The translations under genes were made by a program, and so were the position numbers. A DNA stretch of 64,000 nucleotides. Source: a virus. Shown here piece after piece: positions 9,501-19,482 of this stretch. The stretch is taken from IMG/VR virus record IMGVR_UViG_3300012928_000003, positions 2,619 through 66,618 of that record. The stretch is one strand, 5' to 3'. A model generated the notes under the pieces. That model was not told where the DNA came from, did no database searches, and saw only the letters and a program-made list of their open reading frames with translations. Numbering within the stretch: the stretch's first letter is position 1; each line of letters begins with the position of its first letter.

Positions 9501-12500
9501 ATGTCGAAATATTATTTATGGAACATGGCCAAAAAAGGTTTGGCAAAGTATGTTTCAGTTACGACAGGATCGATTGATGCTAATACCACCAGTTATCCAT
9601 ATACTGATGGTGGCCAGAATACATATGGTGAGCAAGACCAATATATGACGGCCCTTTCTCCAAATGGAGAAATGATCTTTCGTTTTTCTAGGCAAGTAGG
9701 AAAAACTGGACCAGTCAGTTCAATTGGGACTGACCGTTACCACGCTTCTTATTTTGCGATCCACCAGTCGCAATCATCTATTTCAGGCGGTTATCACTTT
9801 GGTAACGGCATGGACAGTGATTCTGTTATATTTAGTTCGTCTTGGTCGTCTTCTCGAAATGACCAATATGGTGATCAGAACTTCGGCGCAACATGGCTTT
9901 CAGATACAGAAGTTGCAATCATATCAGGCCAGCCTGGTGGCAGCTACACCATGAACACCCACAATCTTTCGGGGGCTGACTTTCCGTCATTTGATTCAAC
10001 CGGTGCACATGGGGTATTCTTTATCTTGAGCGGTTCCGGAACAGATTGGAATGTTGTGTTCTGGTCTACTGGGTCTTCTGATTACAACCCAAGTGATTCT
10101 AATCTTTACCCAATAAGAATGGATCAATTTGATTATGTTGTACCGAACAATAGGTATACCACCGCTTCATCGGATTTGATATTTGTTTCTAACAAGGGTA
10201 GATATCAAGAGTCTAACCGTGTAAATCAGGGTGTTGTTTTCAAGAAAACAGGTGGCACATGGGCCTGGCACTCTAACGTCTTCTTTGATGGTCAAACATC
10301 GCGCCAAACAAATCGCGTTGTGCAAGAGGCGAATTGGCTTGGTGATACTCAAGACGTCCTGGGTATAAGATACAGTGATAATTCTGGACCTCATTTCCGC
10401 GTCATGACAGGCGGCGGCTCTGGAGCCCAGAAGTATTCAACCGCGGGACTAGCCTCGGGAATATCCAACGCTTTTCATCATTTTGCGTGGGACCCGTATA
10501 GTGATAGATTCTTGGGCAATAAGTTCGGAATTCTTTACGTGTTCAATTCGGGATCGGATTGGATAGGAGACATCGTGGGTGATAATGCAAATGCCCATGA
10601 GAGGGAAATTTTACTCGATAGGTATACTGGCTCGGATATGGGCCCCGATCTTGCAGATAGCGATCCAGACGGCACTCAGCTTAGATGGAAATTTACTGAC
10701 GATTACACTGGTATCTTGTACGCGACAAAGAACATCAGGAGTCATCTTTGTTTTGTTGAGTCGGGATCCCTCGGTTGGCACGGCCACGGATTAAATGGTA
10801 ACACAGCAGCACAAAACGGGTTTTATTATGAAGTTCAAAACTCTAGCTATACAGGTTGGGACGGGGGACATGATGTGTTTAACACAACTGATTCTGATGG
10901 CCGAACCCAAATTATAATTTTGGCTGATGACCGATTTGACTCGTGGTCTTGGAACACTGAACATGGCGGTTCCGGTGATGTTCTCTTCACAGGAGAGGGC
11001 ACTAGCACTAGTTATAGTTATGTTACCGGGAGAAACATCATTGTTGACTTAAATGCTTATGATGCAACCCCAGACGACTTTCCGGAGTTAACGTCTTACA
11101 AGACTGATGAAGCAACCACATACGAAGCTAGTTCTTCTTATACTAGTGGGCTAGATTGGACTGAGGTTTATGCCAGTTATGACTCGGCAACAACTTCCAC
11201 CAATGACAATGTTAGTAGAGGTGGTAGCTTCAGCCCAAGTGGGGATCTTTTGATAGTTCCTACGCCTTACTCTAATCGTCCGAGTGATCTTACCATTAAT
11301 TATGGTTTTGATGTTTATGCATCTTCCAGTAGTGGTTTCGCTTACAGCTACACTATCGATGAGGGAGTCCACTCCGCGATGGCAACCTCGATTCAGTGGA
11401 TATCAGAAACAGATTTTCTGACGGCCTATGGCGGGAACAAATTCCCACAACGGTTTGTTTCTAGTTCTAGTGGCTGGTCGCAAAGCGCTCTTTATGAAAA
11501 TGCAGATGTCGAAAACGGTGATTATAACGCAAGAAATAACTTGCGCTATGCAAATACAATTTACCTTTCTCCTGATAAGAAAGCTTTTGTACTTTATAGT
11601 AATAATACCGCCGCCCACACAAGAAATAGAACTTGGGCTTCATTTGTTTCAAACAGTGCTGGCTCGAATGGCTTTAAAGGCTACGCGTATAACAATGAGG
11701 CTTATCATAATTTTGTTTACGCGGGTGAAGACAGTGCTACGGACAGGTACAAGCTAGTCGGTGCTCACTACGATGATGGAACCATGAACCTCGGTTTGAT
11801 TAATAAGACTACAGGCCACGACACAGGTGGTGGCTTGTGGAAGGGCCTTGCTGACGCTCATAACATAATCGGTAAAACCAACGGTCATGACCCGGGCGCA
11901 TTCTTGTTCTACCATTCTGGCAGTGATACTTTATTTTATAGCGGTAGAGAATCAACATCTAATGGAAAGCAAATAATCATAGAAGCAAAAATGAACCCTC
12001 ACGGTGTTTTGTTGTATGATTCCGGTTCAACTTCCTCGCCTGGAGGCAGGTATGTAAATGAGTGGTTGATTCCGGCTGTTATTAAGGCTGATGAAGATGA
12101 GAACGACTATAAGCGTCTTGCTCATGTTGCAGCTGCAGCATTCCCAATTAGCAGTTCTGTAGGATTGGGCAGATTTGATGACGCTGATGCATCTCATAAT
12201 TATAGAGATTATGCTGATTCTGGCGTCATGAGAGTGTTTGAAGACCCTAACAATGGGAACAGATTTTTTGTAGCAAGCCAATATGACAATGGCTCAAATC
12301 CGTTCAGATTGAAGGTACTAGAAAGAGGCTCAGCAGGCTGGAAGATGACACGTATTCGAGAGTGGAATTATGCTTCAGCAACATCAACTGCAGGTAGGAC
12401 CCAAAACATACGTTTTGATATGTCCGCAAACGGTGATCTTGTTGTTCCTGCAACAGGCTCAAATACTGGTTTCGCTATTGCTAGACTAGTAGCACCACCA

Positions 12501-15500
12501 CCAGCAGATCCGGACTTGGCCTCAGTTGTTTCTTCGGCCATAACCGCTGCCGATGGTGGCACAGTTAGTGCCGGTGGTAAAACAAGTGCACCTCGTGCAA
12601 AAATTACCATTCCAGCAAACGCTATCGCAAGTGATACCACTTTTACAGTCGACACCTCAACGTCGTTCACACCAGGTGGGCAAGGTCTAGGTGTAAATGG
12701 AAACGAGGCATTAAGCCCGATTGTTAGGTTGACACCACATGGTACAAAGTTCAGTAAAGCAGTTACAGTTACGTTTAATTTGATTGGTTCAGCAGCGAGT
12801 TCGTGCCCTGATAATGCACAGCTCTGGAAGAGAAACAAAGTAGACTCTTCTTGGTACCCGGTACCAGCAAATCTTTACAGTTGTTCAGGAGGTACAATAA
12901 CACTTTCCACAACTCAATTTAGCGATTATATTGTAATAGGAGGACAAAAAGTGGCTAGAACAAAATTAAATAACGTCCAGTTGGCAAGACTGGAAAATCA
13001 AAACAAGGTATTGCCTGAGGCTATTAATATTACAGGCTCAAGCGAAGACTATATCACTACTATAGGTGACACTGATGCATTTCTTGTACAATCAGGAAGT
13101 GGTTTCACGGCACCTATTTCAGCATCTGCAATGGCAACATATTTTGCTAGTGCAGTTGCAGCAACATCAATTGATGTTTCAGAAGAGACAGGCAATGCAG
13201 ATCACAGAATTATCTTTATCAGTGATACTTCTGGCGATGCAGCCGGTTCAACTCTTTTGGCTGATGATGACTCTCTGTTGTTCAACCCAAGTACAAACAC
13301 ACTTAAGGTAGGTGCTTTGGATGTTGGAGACGGTAACATTTCAAATGTTGGCGTTTTAGAGGCAGATACAATCCAAAGCGATGCGGATGGTACCGGATTA
13401 AATGTTAACTTTGACGGCGACACAGGTACCAACAAGTTGACATTAAAGGACGGCTTGGCTGATGCTTTGAGCATCACCGACGGTTCTGCTGATTTCATGG
13501 TGTTCAATACAACTGCTGAAACCATCACTGTTGGAAAGAATTCCACGTTTGCAAGCACGACAATTGCCGACCTTGGTACTGTAACAACTGCAGACATTGA
13601 CGGTGGTACAATGGATGGCGTAACATTAGGTGCAACAAACGTAATTGATGTTACTGCAATTAACCTCGACGGCGCATCAGCGCTCGGCAGTGCAGCGATG
13701 GCACAGGTTGACTTGTTGCTTATCGACGACGGCGGCGCAGGTACCATGAAGTCTGTTACTTTCTCGAATTTTGAGGATTCAATTTTCGGCAACGTATCTG
13801 GCGACGTCACAATCGCAGCAGGCGGTGCAGCAACCATGGCTGCAGCTCAGACAAACATCACATCATTGCTTGCAACCGACATTAAGATTGGTGAAGACGA
13901 TGAAACAAAGATCGATTTTGAAACAGCAGATGAGATTCACTTCTATGCAGCTAATGCAGAGCAGGTTTTCGTTGCTGATGGTGTCTTTGGCCCACAAACA
14001 GACAGTGATGTTGATTTGGGTACAACCGGTGCTCGCTTCAAGAGCGCATTTATCGATGCTATCACAGTAACTGATGATGTTGTAGTCGGCGGTAACTTGA
14101 CTGTTCAAGGTACAACCACAACGATTGACACAACAAACCTTCTTGTAGAAGATAGCTTGATTGAAATCGCTCGCGGCGATGGAGGCTCTCGTGCATCCAA
14201 TGCAGGCGCTGGTTTGTATATCTCTGGTTCTGTAATCGGACACGATATTAGCTTGAAGGCAGCTGCAGACGGCGGCCGCTTGAAGGTTAGTGGTTCAACC
14301 GCTGGTTTTGATGTTCAAGTTGGTGGCGACTATGCAATCAATGGCACTTCAGTGTTGACTGCAACTACTCTTGGTAGTGCTGTTGTAAATTCAAGCTTGA
14401 CATCAGTAGGAACTTTGGCTTCAGGACAGATTAGTTCTGGTTTTGGAAACGTTGACATCGGTTCGAGTACACTTGACGCAGGTGCAACCACGCTTTCTTC
14501 TGCAAAAGTTTCTGACTTGACAGACGGTCGTGTCGTCTTGGCAGGTACAGCAGGTGAACTTGAAGACAGCGGAAACCTTACTTTTGATGGAACAACGCTT
14601 ACAGCAACTTCTTATGCTGGTGATGGTTCAGGCCTTACCGGTGTTGGTGCAGCAGTAACCGGCTCAGCAAATGAAGATTTTGCTTTGCAGATACCATTTA
14701 CTTCTGGATCATCTACAGCAGGTTCTTTCTTTATTGATAGTGGTTCATTAAGCTATAACCCTTCATCTAATAGACTGATCGTTCCACAGCTTTCTGCTTC
14801 AAGCAACGTACATGTTGGCGCACTTTTCATAAGTGGTTCACAAGTCGGTGCGACAGCTGCAGAGCTTAACATTATGGACGGTGGCACAACAGCCGCAACG
14901 GTTACACTTGCTAATAGTGACGGTGTTGTTATAAATGATGGTGGCACTATGAAACAGGCACTTGTAAGTGACTTCTCAACATACCTTGCTGGTGACGGCT
15001 TGGGCGTTTCTTCTAACGTTCTTGTGGTGAATGTTGATGATTCTGGTATAGAAATAGACTCTGATACTCTTCGTCTTAAGGATGACGGCGTTTCAGCTGC
15101 AAAACTTAATTCAGATGTTGCTGGTACCGGCCTTGAACAACACACTGATGGGTCAATCAGAATTGCTGCAGCTGCAGCTGGTGACGGGCTTTCAGGTGGC
15201 GCAGGCAGCGCATTGGCACTTGACCTCAACGAGCTTTCTGCAGCATCAGTAAATGTTGCTGCTGATAGTATCGCTATTGTTGACGCAGATGACAATTCTT
15301 CTAAGAAGGAAAGCATCGCGGATCTTGTTGGCGCTACTGCTGGTGCAGGTTTGGCGGCTACAAGCGGCGTATTGGCTGTTGTAAACGCTACAAATGGTGG
15401 TCTTTCCGTAGCAGCTGATGATGTGAAACTTGACATGAATGATCTTGCAGCAGCTTCTGTTGATGTTTCTGCAGACTCAATTGCTATCATTGATAGCGAT

Positions 15501-15878
15501 GACAGCAGTGCAACCAAGAAAGAGAGCATTGCGGATCTTGTAAGTGCTATGACTGGTGACGGTCTTGAAACAGACTCTGGCCAGTTGAAGATTGTTTACG
15601 TAGAAGACATTGCAACCAAGTATCGTTCTGGTTCTGTTTTGCAGAATGCTCAGACTGCTTCATTGTCTCAGGAGCCATTAGAAAACTCCGTACAGGTTTA
15701 CTTGAATGGTATGTTACTAGTGGCCTCTGGTTCAAGCAGAGAGGTAAGCTCCTCTGCGGATGGCGTAGCAGCAATCTTTGATTACTACTACACAGGATCT
15801 GTCGGTGCACGTAAAGTCCAGTTCGTGGATGCTATCGACGACGATGATGTAATCCAAATCAAGTACATCAAAAAATAA
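9501..15878 (+). CDS. Giant fibre/adhesin protein: two propeller-like domains, ZU5 domain, fibre repeats, C-terminal Ig-like module
   Basis: SD TAGGAGG. ZU5-like GG...ITIPANAI...LSPIVRLTPHGTKFSKAVTV...QFS. Gly/Ala/Asp/Ser/Thr-rich shaft with repeated KKESIADLV units. Confidence 0.75.
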   Translation: MSKYYLWNMAKKGLAKYVSVTTGSIDANTTSYPYTDGGQNTYGEQDQYMTALSPNGEMIFRFSRQVGKTGPVSSIGTDRYHASYFAIHQSQSSISGGYHFGNGMDSDSVIFSSSWSSSRNDQYGDQNFGATWLSDTEVAIISGQPGGSYTMNTHNLSGADFPSFDSTGAHGVFFILSGSGTDWNVVFWSTGSSDYNPSDSNLYPIRMDQFDYVVPNNRYTTASSDLIFVSNKGRYQESNRVNQGVVFKKTGGTWAWHSNVFFDGQTSRQTNRVVQEANWLGDTQDVLGIRYSDNSGPHFRVMTGGGSGAQKYSTAGLASGISNAFHHFAWDPYSDRFLGNKFGILYVFNSGSDWIGDIVGDNANAHEREILLDRYTGSDMGPDLADSDPDGTQLRWKFTDDYTGILYATKNIRSHLCFVESGSLGWHGHGLNGNTAAQNGFYYEVQNSSYTGWDGGHDVFNTTDSDGRTQIIILADDRFDSWSWNTEHGGSGDVLFTGEGTSTSYSYVTGRNIIVDLNAYDATPDDFPELTSYKTDEATTYEASSSYTSGLDWTEVYASYDSATTSTNDNVSRGGSFSPSGDLLIVPTPYSNRPSDLTINYGFDVYASSSSGFAYSYTIDEGVHSAMATSIQWISETDFLTAYGGNKFPQRFVSSSSGWSQSALYENADVENGDYNARNNLRYANTIYLSPDKKAFVLYSNNTAAHTRNRTWASFVSNSAGSNGFKGYAYNNEAYHNFVYAGEDSATDRYKLVGAHYDDGTMNLGLINKTTGHDTGGGLWKGLADAHNIIGKTNGHDPGAFLFYHSGSDTLFYSGRESTSNGKQIIIEAKMNPHGVLLYDSGSTSSPGGRYVNEWLIPAVIKADEDENDYKRLAHVAAAAFPISSSVGLGRFDDADASHNYRDYADSGVMRVFEDPNNGNRFFVASQYDNGSNPFRLKVLERGSAGWKMTRIREWNYASATSTAGRTQNIRFDMSANGDLVVPATGSNTGFAIARLVAPPPADPDLASVVSSAITAADGGTVSAGGKTSAPRAKITIPANAIASDTTFTVDTSTSFTPGGQGLGVNGNEALSPIVRLTPHGTKFSKAVTVTFNLIGSAASSCPDNAQLWKRNKVDSSWYPVPANLYSCSGGTITLSTTQFSDYIVIGGQKVARTKLNNVQLARLENQNKVLPEAINITGSSEDYITTIGDTDAFLVQSGSGFTAPISASAMATYFASAVAATSIDVSEETGNADHRIIFISDTSGDAAGSTLLADDDSLLFNPSTNTLKVGALDVGDGNISNVGVLEADTIQSDADGTGLNVNFDGDTGTNKLTLKDGLADALSITDGSADFMVFNTTAETITVGKNSTFASTTIADLGTVTTADIDGGTMDGVTLGATNVIDVTAINLDGASALGSAAMAQVDLLLIDDGGAGTMKSVTFSNFEDSIFGNVSGDVTIAAGGAATMAAAQTNITSLLATDIKIGEDDETKIDFETADEIHFYAANAEQVFVADGVFGPQTDSDVDLGTTGARFKSAFIDAITVTDDVVVGGNLTVQGTTTTIDTTNLLVEDSLIEIARGDGGSRASNAGAGLYISGSVIGHDISLKAAADGGRLKVSGSTAGFDVQVGGDYAINGTSVLTATTLGSAVVNSSLTSVGTLASGQISSGFGNVDIGSSTLDAGATTLSSAKVSDLTDGRVVLAGTAGELEDSGNLTFDGTTLTATSYAGDGSGLTGVGAAVTGSANEDFALQIPFTSGSSTAGSFFIDSGSLSYNPSSNRLIVPQLSASSNVHVGALFISGSQVGATAAELNIMDGGTTAATVTLANSDGVVINDGGTMKQALVSDFSTYLAGDGLGVSSNVLVVNVDDSGIEIDSDTLRLKDDGVSAAKLNSDVAGTGLEQHTDGSIRIAAAAAGDGLSGGAGSALALDLNELSAASVNVAADSIAIVDADDNSSKKESIADLVGATAGAGLAATSGVLAVVNATNGGLSVAADDVKLDMNDLAAASVDVSADSIAIIDSDDSSATKKESIADLVSAMTGDGLETDSGQLKIVYVEDIATKYRSGSVLQNAQTASLSQEPLENSVQVYLNGMLLVASGSSREVSSSADGVAAIFDYYYTGSVGARKVQFVDAIDDDDVIQIKYIKK

Positions 15879-15903
15879 TTAATCCTACCTACTTTTCCTA
15901 CCT

Positions 15904-15933
15904 AAGCCCGGTTTTTACCGGGCTTTTCTTTTT
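15904..15933 (+). terminator. Rho-independent terminator
   Basis: AAGCCCGGT-TTTT-ACCGGGCTT followed by a U tract. Confidence 0.9.
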
Positions 15934-15958
15934 CTTATTTCCTTTGCGTAAAAGAAAA

Positions 15959-15968
15959 ACTATTTATT
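15959..15968 (+). promoter_or_regulatory. Putative late promoter (ACTATTTATT)
   Basis: Between the terminator and the tail sheath RBS. Confidence 0.65.
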
Positions 15969-16012
15969 AAGTAAAATAACATTTATTTTTGTTACCTCAA
16001 GGAGATATCAAC

Positions 16013-18844
16013 ATGGCAGCAAGAAAGTTTAAATTCGTTTCCCCAGGCGTTTTCCTCAAAGAAATCGACCAATCACAACTTCCGAGATTACCGGGAAATA
16101 TAGGGCCAGTCATCATTGGTCGTACTAGAAAGGGCCCCGCACTGAGGCCAACCATGGTTAATTCGTATGAAGAATTTGTGCAAGTTTTCGGAGAACCAGT
16201 ACCCGGAAACCAAGGAGAGGATGTTTGGCGAGATGGTAACGGCCTTCTAGCCCCAGCATACGCACATTACGCCGCAAAGGCATATTTCGCTGCTGGAATA
16301 GAATCACCAGTCACAGTTGTTAGACTGTTGGGTATTGAAGGAGATAACGCAACCTCAGCCGGCGTATCCGGATGGGAAGCAGGCAAGGCTCACGGTCTTT
16401 TCGTTTATCCTTCGAGTTCACTAGACACTGCTTCAAGTGGTAGTTTGCTTCAACTAGCAGCCATCATATACACAAAGGCTGAGAACACAACTGTTGGTCT
16501 AACAGGACTACTTGAAGGTGACTTAACAAACCCCGGCGAAGCAAAGATGGGCCTAGTCAGTGGCACCGTGCGCGATAATGAAACCAATAATGGAAGATTC
16601 CAACTACAAATCGCAAAGAACAGCGGCCCCACCAAGACTTTTGAAATAGACTTCACCCAAGGCAGCAAGCACTATATAAGAGATGTTTTAAACACGAACC
16701 CAGTTATGACTAGGGATGATGTTGCCACTGCAAATACAGCTTTGTTAGATGGCGAATATTGGCTGGGTGAAACATTTGACGAGACAATCCCAAGTGACAG
16801 TAATACTGATATGTTGGGTTTTGTATTAGAATTAGCAAACAATAAAATGAATGATTTTAACAGCCCAGCTACAGCGGCAAGAACCGGTTGGGTTATATCA
16901 CAAGATGATGGTGTTACAGGATCATTTAATGTTCTGAGTCAAGAAAAGCTTTTCAGGGCTATTGCGCTTTCCGAAGGTGAAGAGTTTTCTAAAAACTATA
17001 TCGTTGCAGTAGAAGATATTAGAGTTACCGAAGAAGGTGACTTGGACCCTTATGGCTCCTTCTCTGTTGTAGTAAAGCAGAAATTTGGCTCTAGACTAGA
17101 GACAGTGGAGAGTTTTACGGGATGTAATTTAAATCCCAATTCTCAAAATTATGTAGCCAGACAAATTGGCGATCAATTTGTGCAGTGGTCTGCTAATGAA
17201 AAGAGGAACAAAGTTTACGGAAACTATCCAAATAGTTCTAGGTACATCAGAGTTGAGATGAGCCAGGAAGTTGATGCTGGTTTAATTTCTCCTTCAAAGA
17301 CACCTTTTGGTTTCTTAGGTCCAATTATTCAAAAATCATTCAACGTTCAATTATCAGCCAATGCAGCAACTTTGCCTGATACGTGGGTCGCGGCCAGCAC
17401 ATTTTCAGCTTCGGCACCATCAGAGGCCACGGGCCACTTTGACCTTAGTTGGCCAAAACTTCCTACAGTCGTATCAGCATCTGTTCGAGGAGCAGATCAT
17501 TTCGGAGCAGCAATATATAAGAAGTCTGGTGACTCACTTACAAGTGTGTTGGATCCCGGTATAATTGACTATTTGAGGATGTTACCACCAGAGCGGGGCA
17601 GATCAGACCAAATCGCAGGCACCGCCGGTTCCAACACTGAGCACGCGTTTCTATTTTCTTTGGACGATGTAATATTGTCTGGATCTGATCTTGATGATAT
17701 TTCTAAAGCAAACGTTGAATCAGCAGTTTGGACTTCTGGGTCTCGTGCAGACGGAAAATCATTTACTTCTGCTCCGTCCAATACAGGATCAATTTCTCAG
17801 TTGCTGGACTTAGGGTTCGATAAATTCTATATGCCGCTAGCTGGAGGGTTTGATGGTGTTGACATCACAGAAGCAGACCCGTTCAACAATACTCGCGCTC
17901 TTGCTGGAGGCACTTCAGACAAGTATGCTTATGCTTCAGTTGATAGAGCTATAGAGCTAATCAAGGACCCAGAAGCAGTTGAATTTAACATAGCGTGCAT
18001 GCCCGGTATTACAAACACTAGTTTGACAACTAAATTAGTTCAAACATGTGAAGACCGAGCGGATTCATTAGCAATCATTGATCTGCCAAATGTTTATCTT
18101 CCAGCACACGAAAAGAAGTGCTCCAATTCAGTTTCTGAACGCGTTGGCACAACACCAGTTAAGGCAGCCCAAGCGCTGAAAAAGATGTCTTTGAACTCAT
18201 CTTATGGTGCAACGTACTATCCATGGGTTAAGATTGCAGATACGGAGAATACAAGAGAATTGTGGACTCCTCCTTCAGTTGTTGCTTTGGGTGTGATGGC
18301 TTACACGGAAAAGAGAGATGAAGTTTGGTTTGCACCAGCCGGTTTCAACCGCGGCGGCTTAAATGAAGGAAATGCTGGAATTCCAGTTCTGCAGACTTCA
18401 GAACAGCTTTTATCAAAACAGAGAGATACACTCTATGATGCAAATATAAATCCAATAGCTTCGTTTGTGACAGAAGGACTGGTCATCTTCGGCCAGAAAA
18501 CCTTACAGTCAACACCGTCTGCTTTGGATAGAATAAATGTTCGTAGATTGCTTATATTCGTCAAAAAGGAAGTCTCTAGAATAGCTAGCGGCCTTCTTTT
18601 CGACCAGAACGTACCTGCAACTTGGAACAGATTCCTAGGACAGGTCAACCCTTTCTTGCAAAGTGTCAAGACAAGACTTGGACTTTCCGACTACAAGGTG
18701 ATTTTGGATAACTCTACAACAACTCCAGACCTTGTAGACAGAAATATCATGTATGCTAAGATCTTCTTGAAGCCAGCAAGATCTATTGAGTTTATTGCAG
18801 TTGATTTTGTTATAACAAATACAGGAGCTTCTTTTGACGATTAA
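16013..18844 (+). CDS. Tail sheath protein (T4 gp18-like)
   Basis: N-terminal FVSPGVFLKEIDQS. C-terminal WFAPAGFNRG, INPI, GQKTLQ, DRINVRRLL, KPARSIEFI. Start moved to ATG 16013 behind SD AAGGAG. Confidence 0.96.
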   Translation: MAARKFKFVSPGVFLKEIDQSQLPRLPGNIGPVIIGRTRKGPALRPTMVNSYEEFVQVFGEPVPGNQGEDVWRDGNGLLAPAYAHYAAKAYFAAGIESPVTVVRLLGIEGDNATSAGVSGWEAGKAHGLFVYPSSSLDTASSGSLLQLAAIIYTKAENTTVGLTGLLEGDLTNPGEAKMGLVSGTVRDNETNNGRFQLQIAKNSGPTKTFEIDFTQGSKHYIRDVLNTNPVMTRDDVATANTALLDGEYWLGETFDETIPSDSNTDMLGFVLELANNKMNDFNSPATAARTGWVISQDDGVTGSFNVLSQEKLFRAIALSEGEEFSKNYIVAVEDIRVTEEGDLDPYGSFSVVVKQKFGSRLETVESFTGCNLNPNSQNYVARQIGDQFVQWSANEKRNKVYGNYPNSSRYIRVEMSQEVDAGLISPSKTPFGFLGPIIQKSFNVQLSANAATLPDTWVAASTFSASAPSEATGHFDLSWPKLPTVVSASVRGADHFGAAIYKKSGDSLTSVLDPGIIDYLRMLPPERGRSDQIAGTAGSNTEHAFLFSLDDVILSGSDLDDISKANVESAVWTSGSRADGKSFTSAPSNTGSISQLLDLGFDKFYMPLAGGFDGVDITEADPFNNTRALAGGTSDKYAYASVDRAIELIKDPEAVEFNIACMPGITNTSLTTKLVQTCEDRADSLAIIDLPNVYLPAHEKKCSNSVSERVGTTPVKAAQALKKMSLNSSYGATYYPWVKIADTENTRELWTPPSVVALGVMAYTEKRDEVWFAPAGFNRGGLNEGNAGIPVLQTSEQLLSKQRDTLYDANINPIASFVTEGLVIFGQKTLQSTPSALDRINVRRLLIFVKKEVSRIASGLLFDQNVPATWNRFLGQVNPFLQSVKTRLGLSDYKVILDNSTTTPDLVDRNIMYAKIFLKPARSIEFIAVDFVITNTGASFDD

Positions 18845-18893
18845 GTTAAAAAAAGCCTGTGAAGTAATATATACTTATAGGAGATATTAAATA

Positions 18894-19466
18894 ATGAGTT
18901 TTTGGAACCAAGCAAGTGTCGAGCCAAAGAGACAGTTTAGATGGCTACTCTACATCGCCGGCATGCCACAGTTTATAGTGAAAAATGTCAAGAAGCCTAG
19001 CTTCAACGTTGCGGTCACGCCACATGACTTTATAAATTACAAGTTTAAGTACCCAGGCCGTGTCGAGTGGCAAGACATTACGGTCACAATAGTGGACCCA
19101 GTACAACCAGATTCTGTTGCAAGCTTGGTCAAGATCTTGGAAAAAGCTGGTTATGTTTATCCAGATGATTATACATCTCAGCCGAATGAGCCAAAAACTA
19201 TCTCAAAGAAAGCCCTAGTTGACTCTTTGGGTGGTCAGATCCAGCTTGTGCAGTTTGGTGCAAATACTGGTGACAACGAAGAAAATATATTAGAAAAGTG
19301 GTCAATTAATAATCCCTTGATTACAAGTGTTGATTTTGGAAACTTAGATTACAGCAGTGATGACTTGGTTAATATAACAATTGGATTTACGTATGACTGG
19401 GCATACTTAGAAACAAGACCAGAGCCTGGTAGAAGTTGGGAACTGAATCCAACTACTAGTGATTAA
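18894..19466 (+). CDS. Tail tube protein (T4 gp19-like)
   Basis: EPKRQFRW, YPGRVEWQDIT, FGNLDYS, FTYDWA; follows the sheath gene. Confidence 0.9.
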   Translation: MSFWNQASVEPKRQFRWLLYIAGMPQFIVKNVKKPSFNVAVTPHDFINYKFKYPGRVEWQDITVTIVDPVQPDSVASLVKILEKAGYVYPDDYTSQPNEPKTISKKALVDSLGGQIQLVQFGANTGDNEENILEKWSINNPLITSVDFGNLDYSSDDLVNITIGFTYDWAYLETRPEPGRSWELNPTTSD

Positions 19467-19482
19467 AAGAAAAGAGGTATAA

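Noticed and set aside
13202-15529. Long minus-strand ORFs (13202-13837, 14753-15529)
   Set aside because: Antisense shadows of the Ala/Ser/Asp-rich fibre gene; no RBS, promoter or recognisable motifs.
15230-15545. Repeated KKESIADLV DNA segments as a DGR template/variable repeat pair
   Set aside because: Both copies are in-frame structural repeats with mostly synonymous differences not confined to adenines; no reverse transcriptase in the window.
15989-16012. ORF-track upstream starts (also 27670, 34920, 35287, 47252, 51778, 53355, 56593)
   Set aside because: Better starts with SD sequences, stop-start coupling or promoter geometry lie downstream; coordinates were adjusted.
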